Sequence record: MW248466.1
Reading direction: 5' to 3' (one strand)
DNA: 64,000 nucleotides
Position numbers and translations under genes: made by a program. Position 1 is the first letter of the stretch, and every line of letters starts with the position of its first letter. The notes under the pieces are model-generated. The model was given only the letters and a program-made list of their open reading frames with translations. It was not told the DNA's origin and did no database searches. Shown here in pieces: positions 39,272-49,216 of this stretch.

Positions 39272-40459
39272 ATGGATATGAGTAAATCAATAAAAGATTT
39301 ATTTATCAATTACAATATATGTTATATTGAAGTTAATGAAAATCATGAACTTAACGAAATTGATAAAGAAGAATTATTAAAAGTATTAGATTTTGATATT
39401 AAATTTGAAAGGGAAGAAATTTTAATAAGTGATAATATTAAATTGAATAATTTTAACGGTAATAAGTTAATAAATCTTATATTTAATTATTACTATACAA
39501 ATAATGAATCACTAAAAGTATTTTTAAAAGATGTTATCAAAGATATTATTATGTATGGATATAAAGAAGATAGAAAAATAAGTCTAAATATAAATCAATT
39601 ACCTTTAATATTCTATATAAATAAATTTTGTAAAGATAATGGTATTAAAAATATTAAATTCTTTTATACTTTTAAAAATTCATATGGAAATTTTTCATTT
39701 GGTTTATTAAAAGAAGAACATCTAGATGAATTTATCAACGATATGGATGAAATAAGTAATAATAAATTTTTCAATTTAAATAGAGAATTTTTAGATACTA
39801 AATTATTGATTAATGGAAATAAAAAGAAATTTATGAAACTAATGTCTAGTTTAATAGATTTGGATATGTCACATAAGAGTAATATATTTAAATTAACAAT
39901 GATAAATTATTTTTATAAATTATTCAATAGACATATTGATAGTAAAGAAGATTTGGAATATGCAGATGAATTAATGAAGTCTAAAATAGATAGCGTTAAA
40001 TATGATGAATTTAATAAATACTATCTATTTGAAAGATCCATAATTGGTATAGATACATTATATGAAAATGAACTCCTAGGATACAATAAGATAACAAATT
40101 ATAATTATTTTACTGAAAAAATACAAAGAGTTGAAGATGAAGATAAAGTTAAACACCTTTCAAAAATCAATTTCTTTAAATCAATAGATGATATTTATAA
40201 GGAAGTATCATTCTTGTTATCCTTTGAAACAGCCAATGAATATACAGACATTGCAGTTAAAGAAATATTAAGATTAATTGAAAATAATTTTACAGAAAAT
40301 CAGAAAAAACAATTTGTTAAAACATATATGAGTATCAAAGATAGTTCATTTAACATTTCAAATGATAAATATAATCAAACATCTACACTTGTTAAAATGT
40401 CTAAAGGAAAATTAAAGAAATTAATTATGAATGAAACAGTTAAAAAGACATTTATTTAA
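39272..40459 (+). CDS. hypothetical protein (395 aa)
   Basis: ORF with RBS AGGAG; ends ETVKKTFI. Confidence 0.7.
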   Translation: MDMSKSIKDLFINYNICYIEVNENHELNEIDKEELLKVLDFDIKFEREEILISDNIKLNNFNGNKLINLIFNYYYTNNESLKVFLKDVIKDIIMYGYKEDRKISLNINQLPLIFYINKFCKDNGIKNIKFFYTFKNSYGNFSFGLLKEEHLDEFINDMDEISNNKFFNLNREFLDTKLLINGNKKKFMKLMSSLIDLDMSHKSNIFKLTMINYFYKLFNRHIDSKEDLEYADELMKSKIDSVKYDEFNKYYLFERSIIGIDTLYENELLGYNKITNYNYFTEKIQRVEDEDKVKHLSKINFFKSIDDIYKEVSFLLSFETANEYTDIAVKEILRLIENNFTENQKKQFVKTYMSIKDSSFNISNDKYNQTSTLVKMSKGKLKKLIMNETVKKTFI

Positions 40460-40473
40460 AGGAGAATCCACTT

Positions 40474-41187
40474 ATGTTAGTTAAAAAAGAAAAATTAAAG
40501 AATAGAAATGATATTAGAATAGATCATATTATAAGTATTAATTTAGATGATCCTTCTTCACTTAATATGGTTTCTTTTCAATTATTAATAGAAAGTAATA
40601 TTCTGAGTTGTTATATTAATAACAACTTGGATACTACTTTATTTACTAAAAAAGAATTAGATAAATATAATAAATTCATAGATTTTGCTATTGATAATTT
40701 TGAATCAAATGGTTTATTTATAAATAAAAAACCAGATGAATTTCTAACTGGTTTAATAAGAAAAGCTTCTATTTCTAGATTATTTAAAATGATTGACCCA
40801 ATTGATAAAACTATCAGTAATGAAAATTTATTTATTACTAGATTAAAAAATATTAGATATAATATAAATGAGACTGATAGTAAAGATTTAGCTTACTTCT
40901 TATATACTAATTTTAGAGAAGATATACCATTAGATAGATTAAAAGGTTTAATGTATAATCCACATTTAACATCATTATTTGAGTATTTAATGAATGGTAA
41001 TTTAATAATGGAGATTGATGAGCAATTATTAAATAAATGGATTATGTTTATTGATTATGAAATAGATGCTATTAAGGGACCTAATTATTATAGATTAAGA
41101 CATAGTTTAGTTAATGTAATTAATAAGTATAATAATATACAAGAAGCTAAAGGTTATTTAGGATATGAAAGATTAGAATTAGAATAA
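40474..41187 (+). CDS. hypothetical protein (237 aa)
   Basis: ORF with RBS AAGGAG. Confidence 0.7.
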   Translation: MLVKKEKLKNRNDIRIDHIISINLDDPSSLNMVSFQLLIESNILSCYINNNLDTTLFTKKELDKYNKFIDFAIDNFESNGLFINKKPDEFLTGLIRKASISRLFKMIDPIDKTISNENLFITRLKNIRYNINETDSKDLAYFLYTNFREDIPLDRLKGLMYNPHLTSLFEYLMNGNLIMEIDEQLLNKWIMFIDYEIDAIKGPNYYRLRHSLVNVINKYNNIQEAKGYLGYERLELE

Positions 41188-41216
41188 ACTTGAAGTTTAG
41201 TGAAGGGAAATTTTGA

Positions 41217-41876
41217 ATGGAGAAATTTAGAAATGAATTAATAAACCATTATACTGATTTGCTAAGATTTAAAGATGATTCTTATTATTATTATAGATTA
41301 AAAATTAATTATTTGAATTTCGATTTTTCTAAAAATGTAAATTTAAGAAAAAGTAATGTGTTTAAATTAAATGATAAAATCAGCTTTTTCTTATATTTTA
41401 AAATTTTAATCCAAGATTTTATTTCAAATAGTTTAGATGAAAGTAGCGTGTCATTAATATTTTCAAGTGATTTTGATAATAATAATTTTATTTCTATATT
41501 ATTCACTAAGTATGGTTCTGATATTGAATTGAAATTAGATTTAGGTGTATATTATGATTTACATGCAACTAAAATAGCTTTAATAGATTTAAATGAAGAG
41601 TTTCATACAGAATATTCGGACGATAGTGTTATAATTCATACAGATGAAGATAATTTTGAAAATGTAGTTTATTCTCTTCTAAACAAAATTAAATTCATTT
41701 TAGGAAATATATATTTATTTAATTTATCTTTATTTAAAAATGGAGTGATAGAAGATAGTAATATATTTTATTTAGAAGAGATCGAAAATGTATTTAATGT
41801 CAGAAAGAATAGTATAATTGAAGAACTTTCTGAAAGTGAAGTTAAAAAATATAAAATCAAAGAAGGGTTTAAATAA
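41217..41876 (+). CDS. C-terminal-tag family protein
   Basis: Ends EELSESEVKKYKIKEGFK. Confidence 0.75.
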   Translation: MEKFRNELINHYTDLLRFKDDSYYYYRLKINYLNFDFSKNVNLRKSNVFKLNDKISFFLYFKILIQDFISNSLDESSVSLIFSSDFDNNNFISILFTKYGSDIELKLDLGVYYDLHATKIALIDLNEEFHTEYSDDSVIIHTDEDNFENVVYSLLNKIKFILGNIYLFNLSLFKNGVIEDSNIFYLEEIENVFNVRKNSIIEELSESEVKKYKIKEGFK

Positions 41877-41935
41877 AATATAATAGACTAAAAGTTATTT
41901 AGCTTACAAAAGATTAGAAATGGAGTGATATTTTA

Positions 41936-42580
41936 ATGGAAGAGAGTTATCTTGATAAAAGATTTGATAGTGAATATTTTAAAATAAAAACTAGAGATAT
42001 GATAAACACTGCAAGATTTACTAAAGAACCAAACTTTGATTTAATTATAAATAACCGTAAAGAAGAAAAATTTTTATATACTAAAAATGACAGTATTAGA
42101 AATTTATTTATTGAATCTTTTATCTTATATTTAAAAAATAATATTACAGACGTTTATACATTTAGTATATCAAGCAGTGATATTAAGTTAATTTTTAGTT
42201 TAAGATACAATCATACGAATAACGATACCAAATTTTTAATTTATATAATAGAAAATGATAAATTTAATTATGAAAAAGATGTATCTGAATTAGAAAAAAT
42301 ATTAAATGACATATCTTCTTTAGTAAATAAAGAATACTATATATCTAAAGGTAGTTTTATAATAGACTATTTAGATATTGAAAAAATTGATAAAATATTG
42401 TATTACATTAATAAATTAGATGATCTTTATATACTATTAGATAATTCAGAAAAAGAAGGAAAATCGTATTTAAGTTACAATTCTTTTCTTAAAGAACTTT
42501 ATTTAAAAAGAAACCTATATTCTAAAAGTATTACTAAAAAGGAATATACTGATAATTTAGTTAAAGAAAATTTCAAATAA
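41936..42580 (+). CDS. C-terminal-tag family protein
   Basis: Ends ITKKEYTDNLVKENFK. Confidence 0.75.
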   Translation: MEESYLDKRFDSEYFKIKTRDMINTARFTKEPNFDLIINNRKEEKFLYTKNDSIRNLFIESFILYLKNNITDVYTFSISSSDIKLIFSLRYNHTNNDTKFLIYIIENDKFNYEKDVSELEKILNDISSLVNKEYYISKGSFIIDYLDIEKIDKILYYINKLDDLYILLDNSEKEGKSYLSYNSFLKELYLKRNLYSKSITKKEYTDNLVKENFK

Positions 42581-42584
42581 TATA

Positions 42585-42619
42585 ATCCCAATACCTATTA
42601 ACTCAATAGGTATTGGGAT
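42585..42619. terminator. bidirectional terminator hairpin
   Basis: ATCCCAATACCTAT...ATAGGTATTGGGAT between convergent genes. Confidence 0.6.
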
Positions 42620-42635
42620 AAATTTAAATTATTTT

Positions 42636-42932
42636 TTATTTCTTACTGTCTAATTCAGCTAATTTTAATTTAGCTTTAGTTGCATATTTTTGACGAATTA
42701 TTTCACGCCATTTTTTACGAGCACGAGCAGCTTTTTGATATTTAAAGTAAATTGGATCTTGAGCTTCTTTAGCTGCAACTAATGCTAATTGGTTCAATCT
42801 ACGTTTACGTTTAGTACGTTCATCTAAACGCATGATATTTTGTTCACGTAAAAGAGCTTCATCAGTTGCTTGCATAATTTGCTCTTCTAGTGGAGTAATA
42901 TTATTTTTCATAATGGAAGATCTTCCTTTCAA
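42636..42932 (-). CDS. small basic hypothetical protein
   Basis: K/R-rich 98-aa ORF with codon usage like the structural genes. Confidence 0.65.
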   Translation of the reverse strand: MKGRSSIMKNNITPLEEQIMQATDEALLREQNIMRLDERTKRKRRLNQLALVAAKEAQDPIYFKYQKAARARKKWREIIRQKYATKAKLKLAELDSKK

Positions 42933-43060
42933 AATTATTTTTGTTATTCATTATAATGATTATAAGAAATATGTTTTATTTAAGAAATGTGAAAAAATTA
43001 TTGAATCATAATAACTTATCTTATATAAGTATGATTTTATAAGGAGATGAGAATTTATTT

Positions 43061-44294
43061 ATGTCTAATCAAGATAATAAATATGAACGTAAAAGAGCTA
43101 TAACAGGTTATTTAGAGAATTTAATCAAATTAATTAAAATAAGAAAACCTGATATTGATAATGAAAAATTAATTAATGCTTGTAGAGAGTATATTAAAAA
43201 ACATGTAGATCCAGCTTTAATAGAAATATCTGGACAAAAAATGAATGTGGATACAACCTTAAGACAAATTATTGATAATAATTTAATTGTAACTGGGTCT
43301 GGTTCTATTTATCAACCTCAATCACAAAGAAAAAATTTAAATGCAGATATGTTAAAAGACTTTATAGATTCTCGTAAAGTAGCTAAGCACAATATGTTTA
43401 TTTATAAAGGTAAAGATGATGTTTTACATGATAAATATATGAATGAACAAAAAACAATTAAGATCTTAGCTAATAGTTATTACGGTGCTATGATTCAGAA
43501 GAATAGTACATTCTATGATTCTAATTCAGGTCCAGCAACTACTTATAGTGGTGTTGATATTGTAACTACTTCAGCAATAGCTTTAGAAAGATTTATTGGT
43601 GGTAAAATCTTCTTTATGAATATTGCTGAAATATATCATTATATATTAAGAATAATTAATGAGAAATATGAAGATCATGATATTAAGATAAAATCAATTC
43701 CGACTGATAGAAAAATTCTAGAAGATTTAGTTTCTAATATTGAAGAAGATTATAGTGAAGAAGAGTTTCTTAAATTAGAAGATGTATTTAGTAAATTAAG
43801 TCAAGAAGATAAAAATAAAGTATATTTCAAAAATAATTTATCTGGATTAATTGATCATACCGATATATTTGAGAATAAAATTAGCAAAATGACTGGTAGA
43901 GAAGATTTCTTAGATCCAAACGAACCACCTGAAGATTTGATTCCATTATTAGATGAATTATTTGAGATATTAAAAGATTGGGTTATATATAATTATCAAG
44001 ATTACAATAGAATGTATAGAATGAATTACAAGAAACGTAGAAGTGTTCTCACAATTGACACAGATTCAAATTTCGTTCACTTAGATCCATTATATGAAAA
44101 AATGAAATCATTAAAACCTGAAGATTTCCCTATTGCAGAAAATGGTTTAGAAGATAAATTAGAACAACGTGTAGGTAATATATCTATTATTAACTATCAA
44201 ATAACTAAATTATTAGAATTATCTTACTATAGATTCTGTAAAGATGTAGGATTAGAAGAAGAACATTTAGGTTTAATATCAATGAAAAATGAGT
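43061..44294 (+). CDS. family B DNA polymerase (polymerase domain), exon 1
   Basis: KILANSYYGA (motif B), TIDTDSNFV (motif C), MKNE at the exon end; spliced to 44481-45181 gives 644 aa. Confidence 0.85.
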
Positions 44295-44480
44295 ATTATC
44301 AAGTTAATGCTCCGTTGTATAGTGATATACAGAAAGACAAATTTATTAATTGCTGGGATAATTCATTAATTAAATCAGCATCTTAAGAAATTAAGTTCAA
44401 CGACTAAATATAAATATACTTAATATAAAGTATAAGATATAGTCTAATCTTTATTAAATTAATAAAGACTAATAAAAATG
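44295..44480 (+). ncRNA. ORF-less group I intron (186 nt) in DNA polymerase
   Basis: P1 GAGU|AUUA/UAAUGCUC with U44294-G44309 wobble; AAUUGCUGGG (P4), AAUCAGCA, GUUCAACGACUA (P7), AAGAUAUAGUC; ends in G44480; splicing restores MKNEFLLDKQLTTDKKKTYA. Confidence 0.9.
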
Positions 44481-45181
44481 TTTTACTTGATAAACAATTA
44501 ACAACTGATAAAAAGAAAACTTATGCATCATCAGTAATTCAACAAGAAGGTAATTTAGTTCAACCACCAGATTTAGATGTTAAAGGTATGGCTATCAGAA
44601 AAGTAAATACTAATAAACGTATTAGAGAATTATTTACTGAAATATTACAAAAAGATATTTTAGAAAATAAAACTGGTGTAGATCGTATTAAGATAATACG
44701 TAAATTTAAAGATATTGAAGAAATGATTAAGAAATCATTAGATAATGGAGAAATTGAATTCTTAAAACCATTTAAGGCTAATAATGCTGAGGTATATAAA
44801 GATCCTTACTCTCAAATGGCATATAGAGCTGCTTTAGCATGGAATATAATGTACCCAGAAAAAGAAATAGCACTACCTGCTAAGATATTAGCAGTTAAAT
44901 TAAATATTAGTACATTTGGAGATATTAAAAATAAGATAACTGATGAAGATACTTTAAATAGATTTAGAGAAGTATTTAAGAATGAAAGTTTAGTTAAAAA
45001 TGGTTTAAATGTAATTGCAGTTGAAGGTAATACAATTCCTGAAGAGTTTAGACCTTTTATTGACTATGATAGTATGATTGAAGATCATATTAAACCAGGT
45101 AAAGATATTATTGAATCTATAGGAGTTAGAGTATTGGAATCTTCAAATAGCTCATTTGTATCTAATATGATTAAATTCTAA
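44481..45181 (+). CDS. family B DNA polymerase, exon 2
   Basis: KKKTYA...EG...LDVKGM polB thumb-region motifs lie upstream of the track's ATG 44588 and are in frame after splicing. Confidence 0.85.
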
Positions 45182-45204
45182 ATAATTAATCGAGGTATTT
45201 AATT

Positions 45205-45780
45205 ATGGAAAAATACTATAAATTTAATTTATTTGAATGCATACTGAAAAGTATTGGTATGCATTCAGATGAATATGAAAATGTGATAAGAAATATAAAT
45301 AAAAATTTTACATCTTTATATTTTTATGACTATGAAGTTAATAATAGCAATATAGATGAGTTGATATATAACAATATACATGAACAATTAATTGACAACG
45401 GATATTTTTTATTTGAAGTTAATGAAGAAGAAAAAATATTAATTGATTTTGAAAATAATCTTTTATATGATAAATATAATGAGAAAATAGGAATGGTTTC
45501 TTTAAATAGAATTACTTCTTCTAGAGTAAATTTATTTTCAGATTTTGAGAATAAATATAGAGATCTAATATTTATGGAGAAAGAAGATATAAAATATGAA
45601 AATCTAATTGATATGGGTTTTAATATTGTTCCTACTTTTGAAACTTCTATTGTATGTAAAAATAAAATAAATAATTTTGGTTTTTATAGTTTTGATATTA
45701 AAAATATTAAATATAAACTATTAATTGAATGTGATGAAAAAGAATTCAAGCTTAATAAGATTAAAGATAATTTTATATAA
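45205..45780 (+). CDS. C-terminal-tag family protein
   Basis: Ends CDEKEFKLNKIKDNFI. Confidence 0.7.
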   Translation: MEKYYKFNLFECILKSIGMHSDEYENVIRNINKNFTSLYFYDYEVNNSNIDELIYNNIHEQLIDNGYFLFEVNEEEKILIDFENNLLYDKYNEKIGMVSLNRITSSRVNLFSDFENKYRDLIFMEKEDIKYENLIDMGFNIVPTFETSIVCKNKINNFGFYSFDIKNIKYKLLIECDEKEFKLNKIKDNFI

Positions 45781-45839
45781 TTAGAAAAATCTACCAACTT
45801 TTATGTAAAATTTCTTGCATAAATTTTTAATTTGCGTTA

Positions 45840-45852
45840 AAATATATATTAT
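45840..45852 (+). promoter_or_regulatory. AAATATATATTAT motif (putative early promoter)
   Basis: Exact 13-mer. Confidence 0.6.
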
Positions 45853-45904
45853 AGAATTGTGATAGAAGTGTATCTTTTTTAAGATACATTTTTAAATAAA
45901 TGAA

Positions 45905-47227
45905 ATGGAGTATATTAACACTATGGCAAAACAATCAGATGTAAAAGGACAAAATGAAAATTTGTACCGAAAAAATGGCAGAAAAATACCGGCAAAACAA
46001 AGGAAAATGGATGATAATGGTACATGGTTTTACAGATTTGACCAAAATAGATTTATAATTGATAATATTATGAGATTCAATGAAGATAAAGAATTAGTGA
46101 AGCTATTAAAAGAATATAGAAAAAATAATAAAGATTACTTTAATAACAATGCTTATTTCTTTAAATTTAATAGAGATGTAACTATTTTTAATGATTATCA
46201 AATTTCAATATTTTTAAGTGATATTATTAAAGAACATGTTGGAAAAGACTTCTTAAAAGATATTACTTTAAGTGATAATTCTAAATTAATGATAAAAGAT
46301 ACAGGTGATATGGAAGTATGGGCAAGAGAACCTGAAACTAAAAATTTGTATGATCCACATAAACTTGATTTGGATTTATATAAAATAATATCATATGTGG
46401 ACTATGAAAGAGATTTAATTATTATTAATATGATTGAAAATGAAAGTCCTAAGATGTTTAGCTTAGTTATTAAATCTTTAGATCGTATTGATGAAGAAGA
46501 TATTAGATATAATGAAGAAGAGAAAGAAATTCAAATCAAATTCACAAAGTCTAATTTAAGAAAAGTATTGACTAGATGTAATAGTAAAACTTTTAAGACT
46601 ATTTTACCTTTTACGTATAATTATGAAGGGTTTGACGAAGAACATTCTATCGTATTAGATAAATTTAGTAAAACATATATTAAACAGATTGAAAAAGAAG
46701 AATATGATACAAGACAAAAAATTGGTGGTCAACCATATCATTTAAGACCTGAAAATAGACCTTATTTTGCTAAACGTAGAAAAATAAAAGATTGGGAAGT
46801 ACTTGAAGTATTTGATGAAAATAAAGACGGTTATAAATTGTTTAGTGTTAAAGATAAATCCAGTGGAGTTATTTATTTAGTTTATTATACTGGTAAGGAT
46901 TATCATGGTAAAGGTATTTTAAAACAAGGTAAGGATGTGCCAAGATTACAAGATCCTTCCAATTATAGAAAAGCAGTAAAAATAAAAGATATTTATTATT
47001 CTGTATTAATGACACAAGCAAAATATAATTTAATGAAGAAGAATAAATTTGATTTGTATACATCATTTGATTCATCAAAATTAAAATACTTAACTGTGGT
47101 TGATGAAGATAATAATGACTCAACAGATTTTCTAGATAATTCTACAGTATTTAAAATAAGACAGATTACTTTTGATGAAAATAAATTAGAACCATTAAAA
47201 GATAAATTTATCAAGGATTATGAATAA
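45905..47227 (+). CDS. hypothetical protein (440 aa)
   Basis: Long ORF; no motif recognised. Confidence 0.7.
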   Translation: MEYINTMAKQSDVKGQNENLYRKNGRKIPAKQRKMDDNGTWFYRFDQNRFIIDNIMRFNEDKELVKLLKEYRKNNKDYFNNNAYFFKFNRDVTIFNDYQISIFLSDIIKEHVGKDFLKDITLSDNSKLMIKDTGDMEVWAREPETKNLYDPHKLDLDLYKIISYVDYERDLIIINMIENESPKMFSLVIKSLDRIDEEDIRYNEEEKEIQIKFTKSNLRKVLTRCNSKTFKTILPFTYNYEGFDEEHSIVLDKFSKTYIKQIEKEEYDTRQKIGGQPYHLRPENRPYFAKRRKIKDWEVLEVFDENKDGYKLFSVKDKSSGVIYLVYYTGKDYHGKGILKQGKDVPRLQDPSNYRKAVKIKDIYYSVLMTQAKYNLMKKNKFDLYTSFDSSKLKYLTVVDEDNNDSTDFLDNSTVFKIRQITFDENKLEPLKDKFIKDYE

Positions 47228-47963
47228 GGAGACTTTGAATTTTATGTATAAAGAAGATGAAATGAATACAGGTCATATAGTTGCTGATTGTGATGAAGTT
47301 TTAGTAAATATTTCCCCTAAGATAGTTCAATTAATGCATGAAGATTTTGATTATTACAATCAATTCTTCAGACTATCTCCAGAATATAATTATAGCAATC
47401 ATTATAATACAGTTCTTAATCGTCCTGAATATTATATTGACCAATGGTTAGTAAGAAAAGATGTTTATGAAAAATTTTCTGAAGACGAAGTTAATGAGGC
47501 TAGAAATAGATTACAAAATGAAATTATATTTAAAAAAGATTTATACGATACATTAGAACCAACAAATTTAGCTAAAAGTTTGTCATATACAATTAATACA
47601 CCTTTAATGAATAAATTATCAATTGTAACTAAAACTTCTGATAATAACTTAAAATCTAAAGAGAAATTTTTGAAAACTTTATTTAGAGGAAGTATGGAAA
47701 AGGTTGATATTTATTATCTTGAATCAGATGAGAAGAAATCAGATGTAATCAATACACTAGGATATGTTACTAGAATATATGAGGATGAAGTTAGTAATAT
47801 TAAAGACATTATTATGAATTGTGATAATGTTATGCAAACTGGCATCGATATTCCTTCATTAGGATATAACCAAAAATTAGATGAAGCAACTATTATGAAA
47901 GCTAAAGAAAAAGAGATAGACTTAAATTATTTCAGTTATATGAGTAATAGTTTAGTTAATTAA
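47220..47963 (+). CDS. HAD-family 5'(3')-deoxyribonucleotidase-like protein
   Basis: IVADCDEVLVN (DxD motif I), SIVT (motif II), K...YEDE (motifs III/IV). Confidence 0.65.
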   Translation: MNKETLNFMYKEDEMNTGHIVADCDEVLVNISPKIVQLMHEDFDYYNQFFRLSPEYNYSNHYNTVLNRPEYYIDQWLVRKDVYEKFSEDEVNEARNRLQNEIIFKKDLYDTLEPTNLAKSLSYTINTPLMNKLSIVTKTSDNNLKSKEKFLKTLFRGSMEKVDIYYLESDEKKSDVINTLGYVTRIYEDEVSNIKDIIMNCDNVMQTGIDIPSLGYNQKLDEATIMKAKEKEIDLNYFSYMSNSLVN

Positions 47964-47971
47964 TAATTATT

Positions 47972-48005
47972 GCCATGTTAAGTTTATAGCTTAACATGGC
48001 TTTTA
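47972..48005 (+). terminator. intrinsic terminator-like hairpin
   Basis: GCCATGTTAAG...CTTAACATGGC + TTTT. Confidence 0.6.
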
Positions 48006-48054
48006 TATATTTATTTTTTTTTTTTATAAAATAAGATTGGAAGTGAAATGTTAG

Positions 48055-49216
48055 ATGAAAATAGATATGATCAACGTTGATCAAATTATTACAGCTTATG
48101 AAGCTAAAGAAGTTACAAACCCTATTTTCTTTGATTCAGGAACTTTACCTAAAGAAGACGGTTTATTCTCATATGAAATATTTGGTTTAATAGGTACTGA
48201 TGAAAGAAAGAATAATGTAGGTTGGATTAATCTAGGCGGTAAATACCTAAATCCTGTAGCTTATAAATCTATGAAAGAATTAGATAAAAATGTCGATTTA
48301 TGTATTCAGGGATCTGATTACTTTAAAATTGAAAAAGGGCAATTAGTTCCAGATGAAAATGGAGAAACTGGGTTAAATTTCTTATACGATAATTATGAAA
48401 ATCTTAAATTTAGAAAAAATGATTCTCGTATCCGAAATGAAAAAATTGATATGCTTAAAAATACTCCTAAAGATAGAATATTTACAGATAAATGGCCTGT
48501 AATACCTGCTTTCTATCGTGACTTTAACCCTAATGAAACTTCAGGAGAAATTCAGGATACTGAAGAAATAAATGATATGTATGCAAGTATCTTAAGATCT
48601 GTAGATTCAATTAGTTTTAATTCATTTGAATTTGTAGCTAATACGACTAAATATAATATTCAAAATAAATTATTTGAAATATATGTTAAATTAACTTCAG
48701 GTGAACTATCAGGTAAAACTGGTATGATGCAAAGAAATATTTTAGGTAAAACAGTAGATAATAGTACTCGTTCAGTTATTTCTTCACCTAAAATTAATTC
48801 AAATAAATGGAATGAAATGCAAATTGAATTCGGTCAATTAGGTGTTCCGTTAACTCAATTAATAACATTATTCTTACCTTTCTTTAGCAAATATATTATA
48901 GACTTTATTGAAATTCATAAAGATGCTTTCCAAACTGCTACTGGAACTGATGAAAAAGAATTATCGCTAGAAGAAGTATATGAACAATTTGATGATAAAT
49001 CTATTAAGAATATGTTAGAATTCTTTATTAAAGATCCTAATGAAAGATTTAGTCCTATATATGTAAATGACAGACAAGGTAAACGTCATAAAGTTAAATT
49101 ATTTGAAAATACTTTAGGCAGAACTTTTACTGTAATTGATTTACTTTATATAGCTGCTACAGAGATATGTGAAGATAAGCATGTAGTTTATTCGAGGTAC
49201 CCGATTGAAAATTTCC
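48055..49216 (+). CDS. rpoC: RNA polymerase beta' N-terminal subunit, exon 1
   Basis: DGLFSYEIFG, GWINL, PVIPAFYR, GKTGMMQRNILGKTVDNSTRSVIS, RYP; four exons join to 503 aa. Confidence 0.9.

Noticed and set aside
44295-44386. C-terminal tail QVNAPLYSD...SAS* of the track's 441-aa ORF, and ATG 44588 as an independent gene start
   Set aside because: Read-through into the group I intron; conserved polB motifs upstream of 44588 show it is exon 2
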